From: Adineta vaga
Taxonomy: Eukaryota; Animalia; Rotifera
Reading direction: 5' to 3'
Length of the DNA: 64,000 nt
Assembly (NCBI GenBank): GCA_021613535.1
Contig: CP075493.1
Span: 17,732,001-17,796,000 of the forward strand
Below are positions 24,566 to 36,298 of the stretch, one piece after another. The notes beneath the pieces were generated by a model. That model was given only the letters and a program-made list of their open reading frames with translations, was not told where the DNA came from and searched no databases. The stretch's first letter is position 1. Each line of letters opens with the position of its first letter. A program made the position numbers and the translations under genes.

Positions 24566-26507
24566 ATGTCTATTATTTCTCTATTAATTGTTTTGTTCAT
24601 CATAGGTAATAAATTCTTCATTCAATAGAAGATTCTATAGTAAAAGTGATTAGTTTGAGTTCAATACATTTTTGTTTTAATAAAACAGTAAAAGTAAGTA
24701 TAATAATTCTTTTTTTCTTCAAGAATATGTTCAAGGTGATAGTGCCAGCATGTCTCAATCGAAATTAAATGATTCACCTAATTTTCTTATTATTATTGCT
24801 GATGATCTCGGTTGGTCAGATTTATCACCATTTGGTAGTGAAATCAATACACCCAATCTTCAAATGCTTGCCAATAATGGAATTCGATTTACTGATTTTC
24901 ATACATCTTCAACTTGTTCACCTACTCGATCGATGCTTATGAGTGGTACAGATAATCATATAGCTGGTTTTGGTCAAATGAGAGAAACAATTGCACTTTA
25001 TCCAGATATCTGGTTGGGAAAACCTGGATATGAAGGTTATTTGAATAAGCGTGTTGCAGCTTTACCTGAGATCTTACAAGATGCTGGTTATTTCACAACG
25101 ATGAGTGGAAAATGGCATCTTGGAAGTATTCCTGAACGATTTCCAGTAAGTCGAGGTTTCGAAGAAAGTTTTGCTTTATTGTCTGGTGGTGCAATTCATT
25201 ATGTTACCGAAATTCTTATTCCATTACTTGTACCGAGCTATGTTCACAATTTTGAACCGATTAACTATACGTTACTCGAAAATTTTTATTCAACTGATTA
25301 TTTTGCTACTCAACTAATCAATAATTTAAAAGTAAATAATGCAAAAAGTAAAAAGCCATTTTTTGCTTATCTACCTTTCACTGCTCCACATTGGCCTCTA
25401 CAAGCACCTGCCGATCTAATTGCTAAATACAAAGGAATGTACGATGATGGTCCAACTGTCTTACGGGAAAAAAGACTTGCAAAACAACGTCAATTGGGTC
25501 TTCTCCCGGATGATGCAATCGTGTCACCTGTATATACAAATGCAAAAGAATGGGAGAAACTTACACCTACTGAACGAGCTTTTAGTGCTAAAACAATGGA
25601 AATCTATGCAGCCATGGTAGAACGGATAGATTTTGCTATTGGACGTGTTATAGATTATCTGAAAGAAAGTAATCAATTTGATAATACATTTATTATGTTT
25701 ATGTCAGACAATGGTGCAGATGGTGTCGACATGAGAAATGTTTCAATTTTCTCTCCTACACAAAGTACTCAATTCTTCAATAATAGCTACGAAAATCTTG
25801 GTAATAAGGATTCATTTATTTGGTATGGACCGAGATGGGCGCAAGCATCAACTGCACCTAGTCGAATGACTAAAGGTCATATTACTGAGGGTGGTATTCG
25901 TTCTCCAGCAATCGTTCATTATCCAAAACTCGGCAAAACTTTAAATATCAGTCATGAATTTACAACCGTCATGGATATTTTACCAACTGTCTTGGAACTC
26001 GCAAATATCTCTCATCCAGGCACGATATTTCGTAATCGTACTGTTGTGACACCAAGAGGAAAATCATGGGTATCACACTTACTTAATTCTAATGAACATG
26101 TGCATCATGTTCATAACGAACAGGATTTCATAGGTTGGGAATTATTTGGTCAACGAGCCATCCGTCGTGGAAACTACAAAGCTATTTTCATTCCAAATCA
26201 ATTAAATACAGCTAAATGGGAATTATATAATTTAACTCAAGATAAAGGTGAATTTAATAACTTGGCTGATCAACAGCCAGATTTGCTGAAAGAACTCGTT
26301 GATGCATGGTTTATATATGAAGCTGAAACCGGTGTTATTCTTCCAGAAGATGCATGGGCTATTCGATATCCACCCAACATTTTTGGATCACTTGGTAATC
26401 AAAATGTGACTCCTCCAATTGAAATTGGAAGTATAGGTGTAATCAATTATATTAACTTTTATCTGTATGCTTGTGCTCTAGTACTCTATCTTTCTTTATC
26501 TTTTTAA
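24566..26507 (+). CDS. Arylsulfatase (AtsA-like formylglycine sulfatase) with signal peptide and GPI-like tail, 2 exons
   Basis: ADDLG, CSPTR, SGKWHLG, APHWP and MSDNG. Exon 1 (24566-24605, MSIISLLIVLFII) splices in frame to 24724. Hydrophobic C-terminus. Confidence 0.93.
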
Positions 26508-26605
26508 AAGATGAGTCAGAATTACAAAAAAACACCGATATAAACCCTCGCAGTTATGTTTGATTTTGTTTTCATTTCGAATAAATCATTGTAACATTTA
26601 TTTTG

Positions 26606-26935
26606 CTACTTAACAAAGTAGTAAATACTGATGTCAATTATCTTGACAAAAATAAATTGTTTTAGTATGATTTTCATAGAATTGACGTAACATCGACGTA
26701 ATTGCTTGTAATCATTAATTAATTCATATCGGCATGCTACTAATGAACAACAATCATCTTTAGTTTTACATGTTTCACCTAATTTCGCACATATTTTCAT
26801 GGGCTCAAACGAAAGATGAGGAATTATTGGTTGAAGAGTACTGAGAATCTCAGGTTTATACTCTATTATTCTTGAGAAAATCTTTTCTTCAACAATAATA
26901 AATACAAATAAAATACCAATGAAATCACTCTTCAT
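26606..26935 (-). CDS. Small secreted inhibitor-cystine-knot-like peptide precursor
   Basis: Hydrophobic N-terminus; C-x6-C-x5-CC-x4-C-x13-C spacing. Confidence 0.6.
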   Translation of the reverse strand: MKSDFIGILFVFIIVEEKIFSRIIEYKPEILSTLQPIIPHLSFEPMKICAKLGETCKTKDDCCSLVACRYELINDYKQLRRCYVNSMKIILKQFIFVKIIDISIYYFVK

Positions 26936-27303
26936 CGTCTCTTCATTTTTAATGAACGAATTTTGATAAGAATAAGTATCTAATATATATATATAGACGA
27001 CGAAAAATACAATGATGATATATCATTAATACGTCATATTGTTTTGTATTCACTTGTATGATTATGTAATATATTAAATTTGTTGAATAATTTATCTAAA
27101 AAAATATTTGATAAAATAATATAAAGAAAGAAGAAAAAACAAATATTCAACATTCTCATTAGTAAATTCATTTTCATTATACGAACTAATTTCATATTTT
27201 AGTTTTTCTTTTAAAATATTTAATTCTTTTAATATAATATTTCATTTTATTTATTTATTTTCATATTATCTATTTGAAAAAAATATTGTCATATAAATAA
27301 AAA

Positions 27304-27902
27304 CAAGTAACGCTCGTCGTGCCGACTCACTTAACCCTCGACTGTGGAGGACAGATATTTTTTTAGTCTCGCAATAGTGAGACGAAGTGACCGAGCAACT
27401 TTACATATGAGGAAACGATTGAAGTGCTTTTGTTTAATTATTTATTAACTTTCGAAAACAAAAAAGACTCGATTTTTCAAACATGTAACGCTCGGCGGGC
27501 CGACTCACTTAACCCTTGGCTGTGGAGGACGGGTATTTTCAGTTTGACACAATACTGTGATGAATTGATCTCGAAACTCAAGATAAGAGAAAACGGCTTT
27601 CCTGTTACTGTTAAAATATGTATCCGCCTTCGAAAACAGAATGTTAACTTTGTTTTCGTGAAATAAATTTCACCTAACACCCAACTCAACACCCCCAACC
27701 CATGGTTTCACCCAACATCCATCTCTATACCCCCCCCCCCCACAGTTTCAGCCACCACCCATCTCTATACCCATCCACGATTTCAGGCGTCTCATCACTG
27801 ATTTTTTTGTTGACCCTTGACCTTTGACCCTGACACAAACAAATTTGCATACAACCTATTTTTTTTCATATGACCCTCCTTACAGTCGAGGGAACAAAAA
27901 AA
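27304..27902 (-). mobile_element. Non-autonomous Helitron related to the large element, with a duplicated 3' end
   Basis: The reverse complement of 27304-27345 (CAGTCGAGGGTTAAGTGAGTCGGCACGACGAGCGTTACTTG) matches 23606-23647. A second 3' end lies at 27482 and an inverted ACAGTCGAGGG at 27882-27892. Confidence 0.8.
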
Positions 27903-28785
27903 GAGTAAAACATTTCTGTATTTCGAATAACTTGTTACAATTTTGTCAATCGATTAAATAAATCAACTATATTTTATTTTATTTTCTTATTCGAATTAAA
28001 AGAGAAATTTTTAATGAAAAATAAATATTCTACTTTGATACATTCGCAAGAACAGAACTAAAAGCAATTGAACTTTTAATTAATTGTCTTATACCTTCAT
28101 CATATACTTGAAGGCAACTTAAACTAACTGTTTCACGTTTATATTGACCTTTAATATAGTTGTTAATTTCTCAAAATAAAATTTTTTTACTAATAAGAGA
28201 GTTTATTCAATAAAATCTTCATTATATTCTAAATCATGTAAATCGATATCATTCTTTTGTAAGACTATGTATCATTAAATGTTTGCATCTTAGGTAAACG
28301 TCTATTCTTCAGATAAATCTATTAAAAAAACTGAAATATTGAATACGTTCACAAAGAATTAGTGGTAATTGTTCATTAATTATTGTTGTTGATGATTTAG
28401 ATGATGAGGTTTATTCATCTATTTGTTAGAAGTTCTGGGAAAGTTACTAAACTATATTTCGATTTTTTTAACATTAATTCTACGAATATATTTTAAGATG
28501 ATGAGCTGGTCTTAAGAGTGTATGAGATTTTTTAAGATGATAATCAGGGTTAAATTCGTGCTTCATTATTTGTTCTATGTGGATAATAAAGATGATTTTC
28601 ATTTAAATATCCTAATATTAAAACACGAATACTTTGAACTTGTTCTCGATAAAATGACTTACAGATCTCTTTTATTCCTGAAGACATATTTATGAAAATC
28701 AAAGAGAAATAATATGTCGTTGTCGTTTAGCACGTAATATAAGAAGATTTTCTTTTAATGCGATTAATTCAATAATGATCATCCT

Positions 28786-31700
28786 TTATGATGAAAGTTT
28801 TTCTATTATTACATCCAATTGCCTTTCATAATCTAGAGTTTTGGGAGGACTAGGTCCAAAAGCAATTATTGCAGATGTGATTGACTCCCTTGCAGAATCG
28901 AATGCTTCTGGGTAACGTTCAATAACATAAAAAATCGAAGCTATGAAATTGTATGTATATGCTAGATTTTGATGATTGACAGGATCACTTCGTAAAAGTA
29001 TATCACGCACTTTTTCAAAGATTATGAGCGCTTTTTCGTACTCTCTCACATTACACAAGTCAATGGCTACTTGGTTGTATTCCATAGTCAACGATATATC
29101 ATTTAGCTGAAGAAGTCTTTGGTAAGTGTCGAGGAAATTAATAGCCGAATCACAGGATTGCAGTACATATTCTTTTAGGTCATTTAAATGAACCGTTTCT
29201 ATATCATCATTTGATGAATTTTGTGATGCTAATAAGTGATAATTTTGCATCTTTGTAATAATTAGTTTGTTCTGTTTATTTTCCTCCATGGATATATCTA
29301 ACAACAATTGACGATCACTCTTATTAATCGAAGGCGGTAAGTTAGCATCCGATCCTAGTTCTCATTGGACTTTCATTTGTTGTCCGATTATCTCGTTAAT
29401 CTGACATATAGAATTCAATATATCACACTGATCTGTTTCTGATAGATCGTCAAGATTATTTTGAAAGGGAGTTCGTGTCCCGTAATTTTTCATGTATACA
29501 TTAAGATCTTCCCAGTCGTGAATTCTATTAGAATATTGTTGTCACAACAGACCAATCGTGCGTTTCATAATGTTGTTTTCGTTATCGGTAGATTCCTTAT
29601 TCAAAGCGAACATGGTTTGTTGTACTTGAAGCAGATTGCTATTTGTCTGCATCAATCCGCGGAAATCGGTTGTCAGCATCTTCAATGCACCAATACATCC
29701 ATAAGTAGACAGCAGTTCTGAATGATGTTCTCCAAGTATTTGTTTTTGAATTCGAACTGCTTCTTCGTAGTGACATAGTGCAGTTGAAGAATTTCCTAAT
29801 GATTGTTGTGCTGATCCAAGCTCTCGATATGTCACAGCAACGAGAGGATGAATAGATGACATGCTTTGTTTCAAAATAACAAGAGCTTTTTCAAGATGAC
29901 GAAGGGCCATTGCAAAATCACCTTTTCTTTAGTATACAGAACACATAATGAGATGTGTTCTTCGGAATCCCCAATGATCTAATAAGTGTATTTTTTCATA
30001 TATTTTCAGTGCATTCTCCAAATATTCGACTGCAGATGGATAATCACCCATGTCACTCTTGATCATAGCAATATTGACATTTGCTGCGGCAACATCTAAA
30101 TGATCTGCTGGTAGAGAGTTATTCGCGATCATAAACGCTTTTTCGAAGTATAAAAGTGCGTCTGAATAATTGCAAAGAGATCGTTGGGAAAATCCACTAT
30201 TCGTGTAAATTTTTATCATTATTGGATTATTGGAGAACTGAGAGTTTTCTAAAATGTCGCGACATGTTTGTAGGTTCGAATGTGCTAAGAGATGATTGCC
30301 CATTTCGAGATGCAAAACAGCAATTGTGTTATAAACCACACCTAGACCTGGATGGCCTATCGGAAGTGTCCTCTTTTGTATTTCTAATGCTTTCTGAGCG
30401 TATGACAATGCTGTCGAATATTCTCCGAGTGAGTAATATGAAGAAGCGATATTTGTATAAATTTGAGCTAAATCTGGATGATTATGAGGTAAGCACTTCT
30501 CTAGAATTTGTAATGCTTTCTGATAATTGATCAAAGACGATGCAAAATCGCCCATCTGATCTTGAGTTGTGCCAATGAACCAGTGTATCATGCCGTAAAA
30601 GCGATGGTCAGGAGGTAAGTGTTTCTGAAAGATTTTTAAAGCTTTATTATAGTTGTCAAAGGATGCAGAAAAATCTTCCGTTAGTGCGAGTATTACTCCG
30701 TTATCGGGAGTGAAAAATGCCTATGAAGAAATCATCAGACGGTAAATATTGTAGCCAAAAGTTCAGTAAACGCTCACAAAATACTTGTGCCAAAGTATGC
30801 TCCCGTTTAACCAAATATGAATTGATCATTGACTGTCCGATAGTCAGCTGTTGTATCAACTGTGATTGTTTATCGTCGTCATTAATAGCGTAGAAAAGAT
30901 CATTATAGATTTCCAAAGCACCATCATAGTTTCCTATCCTTTCCATAAAAAAAGCTATTCGAAACCATCCCTGAGCAAGATCTATTTCTTGTCTTAGAAA
31001 ATCAGTAAGATTCTTCAAATCAGAATCATCTTTATTTGTTGCAGTTAAGTTTACTAACCACAACCGTTCTTCTACTTCTTTCATGTTACCAATTCGAAAT
31101 ACGCTGTGCATGGAGAGTAGAATCTCTCGTTCTTCTGGATAATTACTAAACTTTTCTACAGATGTGAATGGAACTGAAGAGATTGTTGAATCAATTTCTA
31201 TTTGGAAGATAATTCCTGTAGTATCACTCTGCCACCGAGCACTTTCAGCTAACATTTGTGCCACATTCTTATCCATACTTGTTGATAGGAAGCAATTGAA
31301 TGAGAAGAGAGCACCTTGACTCTTCTTCATTTCTTCGAATTTTCTATTTGATAGTCCCTGTCCAGAAAGCCATTTTCATCAGCACTTTCATATCTTGATT
31401 TCTCAATGCTTTGTTTACATTGGAATATAAAAAACTGGCTTTTGTATACCACCAAATGGCATTATTTTCATCATATTCTTTTTCAAATTGATTGACATCG
31501 TTGGATTTGTAATCGATACTCGTCGATGAATCTCGACAGTATTTGATAAAGTCAGTCTTGGCTTTGTTTTTGTCATGTTTTATTCCAATCAAAATTTCTT
31601 TGAATAGTTGTGTGTACATAAATGATGAATCAAGTTCATCAAATGATAAATTTGGATTAGACGATAAAAAACTAAATGGTGAATCCGTAGATAACTGATA

Positions 31701-32252
31701 GAACTCTTGTTTGATTACATAGCACATTTGTTCAATATGATGATAAACACTTTTGACTTTTTTATTCCAAGTTCCAATGACATAATTTTCATTGTTGAGT
31801 TGATGATGATCACGATAAAACAGATAAATAGAATGAATCTGTGGAATAAAATTAATGAGAGGAATAATGTCTACGTAAGGATAGTTGTATATTATTATCA
31901 GAGCATGAACGTCATTCATGTCTGTTAGAGAATCAATGCATTGATCTTGATCTGTGTAATACTCAGTTAATGATGAAATACTTTGTAATTCTTCGTTTAG
32001 ATTCTGAAAAACAAGATCGGATTGGTCAATATTTGAAGTTAAAACAATAATAACAGTCTTCTTTGTTATAGGTTTTGTATCGACTGATTGTTTACTTTCG
32101 TTTTTGTTCATAGGGCTCATATCGATCCATTTTTCAATGACTTTACGGCTTTGGTCATCTGAAAAGTTTGTTAACAATGAAGAATCGATTGAATTCGACA
32201 CAACAGTCGATTGAGCAGTAGTATTTGCATGTTCAGTTTTTGGTTCTGTCAT
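28786..32252 (-). pseudogene. R-S-E-type ADP-ribosyltransferase plus TPR-repeat protein
   Basis: AIWWYT..FLY..NKALR, FLSTS, EREIL, many TPRs (HPDLAQIYTNIA). Deletion/frameshift near 31365 and further breaks near 30700, 29930 and 29540. Confidence 0.85.
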
Positions 32253-34107
32253 GAGATCGATATATTCATCAAATGATTCTCATTGAAATAGATTTTTTGC
32301 TTTTTTTTAACTTGATTGGGAATTTCCCAGTGAGGAAACGAAAAGCAATGTATTTTTATATGAAATGCTCTAGACCATAACAAGAAAAAAAATGAAAGGA
32401 ATATCATGATTCGATATAATAGAACACGAAATGAGTCAATCATAAAAATACGGTGAGAATGAAGGTGATAGATGTCAAATTCACATCGACAAACATACAT
32501 TTTCATCTCTCGTTGTTAGAGAGAGAGAGATCTCTATTGGAAGTAACAAAGATGATGTGTGAAATTTTTGATATTTTCCTTCTATTTTAATAATTTCGAC
32601 GTTTATTTTTCGATATTTATGTTTCTTATCATTTGACTATGGAAAGAACTTAGAAAATACACAACTTCTGCTGCAATTAATATTTCTTTTCTCTTTCTAT
32701 GGACATGTCTGAGCTGTGAGGGTATTTGAACTGGTATGAAAACAACTACAATACCTCTTGCCATTCTGTATCGTTATTACTTCGATATCAAACCAGTAAA
32801 TATCCATCGTGAATCAGACGTCGACTCTAATCTACTTCATCAAGAAATGATGGTCCACATTCCAGCGGGAAAAAATAAATCGATTCAAGATATTCAATGA
32901 TAGTATTTGCTGTTGAAATCAGTTTCACCTTGTTTAAAATCAAATAAGTCTAATTTTCGTCAGTCAAATGAACTACATATGTTAGACATTAAATCGAGTA
33001 AGGATTAGATTTGGATTCATATAAAATACAAGCGTCGTTAGAACGTCGACGTAAAGTAAAATCATCAGCACTAAATCGTAAATGGTTAATAAATAATATT
33101 TTATAAAATAGAATATTAAACTAAGAGAAAATTGGGTACTGAACAAAGAAATTCGATGGAATAGAATTCATGATATTATGAATTTTCATTTTTGGATGAC
33201 TATCTTCCTCATTGACTGTAATTTGGCGTAAAGTTGAAGATATTTTTGAAATTAAATTCTGTTCATGTATTGAAAATGTTAACGATGATATACAAATCGA
33301 CAACTGACGATATAGATCAATATTTTTTTTATTAATTCACGCACTGGTATAGATCTGTTGTGAACAATTCAAAAAAGCGATTCTATTAATGTAATCAAAT
33401 CGGCAATGTAAAGAAAAGGTTAAAAACAACCCCATCGTAGATTCAAAAGAAAATGTCGGATAGTTGAACATCGAATCATAGTTTTTAGTACACGAATGAA
33501 AACGACCAATTGAATGTATTACAGGCGTAATATGTCTCTCCTTCATTAAAATTATTTTTTTTTAAAGTAGAAAGAGAATAGCTTGTTGTATAAAAAGAAA
33601 TGAATTGTTTATCGAAGTAGCTCAATAGATATTTCATTTATTTATATATTTCGTTAGAAAGATATTGATGTTCGACTCAATGAACTATAAAAGCTAATAC
33701 TTTTAGATGATTGTAACTCTCTTGCCCAAGAAAACTTTCGAATGCCCTATATAAACTAGAAAAATAGAATTTAAATGTAAAGATATGAAACTCACGAATA
33801 TCCAAATAACAAAATAATACGTAAGTCATTGCCCTTGAATTTCTTAAGCAACCGATTATCTCTATGTTGTCGATATGTTGTTGACGGAAATGAAATTGAA
33901 TTTAATATTTCAACTATACTATTTGTTATGTCACTGGTGACTGTAGGTTTAGACAGCAGTAACTTCAACCCATACCGCTCACCCTCAAAATGTCGTTATC
34001 AATTGTGTTTAAAATTTTGAAAAAAATATTTATTTATTTTCCTATGTTTCAGTAATTAAAAAAAGGATCAAAATGAAATAATAGTCTGTATAATTCTAAG
34101 ACAGAAG

Positions 34108-35660
34108 TTATTCAGTCTTGAGTAATATCCCGTATGGTCGGATAGCTTTTTCATCGAATACCCGCAGAGCCAGTCCTACACTAACAGGTCCTTTGTGTTC
34201 CGTAAATTTATCATTTTGAACTCGACATTGAAACACAATTTTGTATTTCTTTACTACTCCCGATGAATCTGAAACATTAAACCCGCTACCGGTATACCCC
34301 GAGGCTCCTCCCTCGCAGTGAGCTGCCACATACAACCCCTTAACATCTGGAATTGAAGGCCGTTGTGCTTTCGCTTCATCTTTACAGGCATCAGCAGTTA
34401 CAAACTGATGTTTCAGCCCAGCGGTTGCAATATTTTTTACTACACCTGATTTTGTTCCATGATATGCAACACACCATTCTCCAGGCGAATTATTCATACC
34501 TAACCATACCTTATCTTCTGGATATTTATTATCTACTTTCAATGCATGTCTATACCATCCTTGTGGAAAATAATAAGGTCGACCACCTCTCTGTTCTTGT
34601 TGAGCTGTAGGATAATCACGATTGAATCGAGGATCCAGATCTAGTTGTTGCAGTTGTAAAAAACTCAGCACAGGCTGCCATTTATAGGTGTAATGTTCAC
34701 GAAACAAATATTGAAAAATATCTTGACGCTTCTTTGATGATAAATCATTCAGTAATAATAAGAATTTTTCAGCATACAGTTTTGTTTGTTCTGATAAAGG
34801 TGTTTTTAAACCAAGCTCGGCAAACAACGACGACGCACGAGTGATAGAAAAAACTCGAATAAACTCTTTTTGATATCCAGTAATAGCAGAAACATCGTAA
34901 ATAAGATTCATAACGAATTTTTGAATAGTAGTTTCTGATGCGGTTACTGCATCATAATCGATATTAAAATGAAGTTTAAACACTGCTGTTTGTGCACTTT
35001 CATCTCATGCAATCATGGAATGAATACTGCCTAAATTACCAACACCACATGCCATTCGATATTCACTATCGCTATAATCGAATTTAGAATTCGTGAATGT
35101 CAAACGTGCACCTAATTTATGCGCAAGGTTGCCAAGTACAACAATAAGAGTTTCAGTACTATTGACAGCGGATTGAAACGGTTTTGTAGTGAAATCAATA
35201 ATCTGTTCCTTGTCGATCATGGATCGATACATAGCCAACCATTGATATTTGAGTACATCTTCCGGAGAATTTCTATCATAATTCGCCGGAAAACGGATTT
35301 TATCTGATGTTGGCAATTTGACTGGTTCGTACCAGGATGGGGTTACATCGAGATTTGTGGCATCTTTGTTTACTTCAATATTCGTAACAAGTGGTGCAGA
35401 TATATCGGAAATATGTTGTGGAATAGAAGTTATTACGGATTCTTCGTCTTCTGTAGCTAAAATATGAAATATATATTATTTCAAAACTATTATGGATTAT
35501 TTTCATAAAGAAAAAGTTTTAGTTCTCTTTGCCAATTATCATTTCAACTTGATGAATATAGTTACTTACTTTGCGTATTCGATAGTAGTTGACGTACAAG
35601 ATACCCAATGTAAATTACGTATAGAACAACGCCAAGTGCAATCGATTCAATGATAATCAT
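34108..35660 (-). CDS. Membrane-anchored NEURL4/Gig2-like (PARP-fold) ADP-ribosyltransferase domain protein with one in-frame TGA
   Basis: GWYRHALKV, VAYHGT, GLYV, FQCRV and IRPYGILLK. Exon 1 (35660-35570) encodes a hydrophobic segment. TGA at 35007-35005 is in frame with both flanking ORFs. Confidence 0.65.
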
Positions 35661-36298
35661 GCTACTATTAGATAGATATTTGATTCTATTGAGAAAAAAA
35701 ATAAGACTAAAATATGAAAATACAAAATGTTTCGAAACAATTCACGTTTTCTCTCAACAATGTTTCTGAATGTTTTCTTCTGTATTCATGCGTTCGAAAT
35801 TGAATTTTTGAGTGGAAAAAATCTCAATGTTGACAATTCGACTCAGCTTCAACAAATCTGAATAAATATAAAAAGAAAAGAGGAAAACAAACTATATGGG
35901 TGTGGGTGTAGGAGTAAGGATGCGTGTATGTGTGAGAGTACGATGAAAAGAGTATCATCCTTATCCTTACACTTACACCCACCGTAGTATTAGTCAAGTA
36001 GATTTATTAACTGGATTATTAACTTCACGTACAGATGTCTGACAGAACTTTACCTCCACTACTCTTTGAATAATTACCTACTGAAATGAAGTCATTTTTA
36101 GAAATATTCGAACAATAAGAATATAGAAGCAATAATCAAATATTTTATTTCTAATTATCTTTTTTAATAACATTATCGTCTGTAATAATCATCAAAAATA
36201 CGTCGAGTTCGAGTCAGTATAGTCTTTACTTTCGTAGCTAAATCCAGATTATTCAATTGTTAGTCGTTAATCAAGTATAAATATCTACGACGATCATT

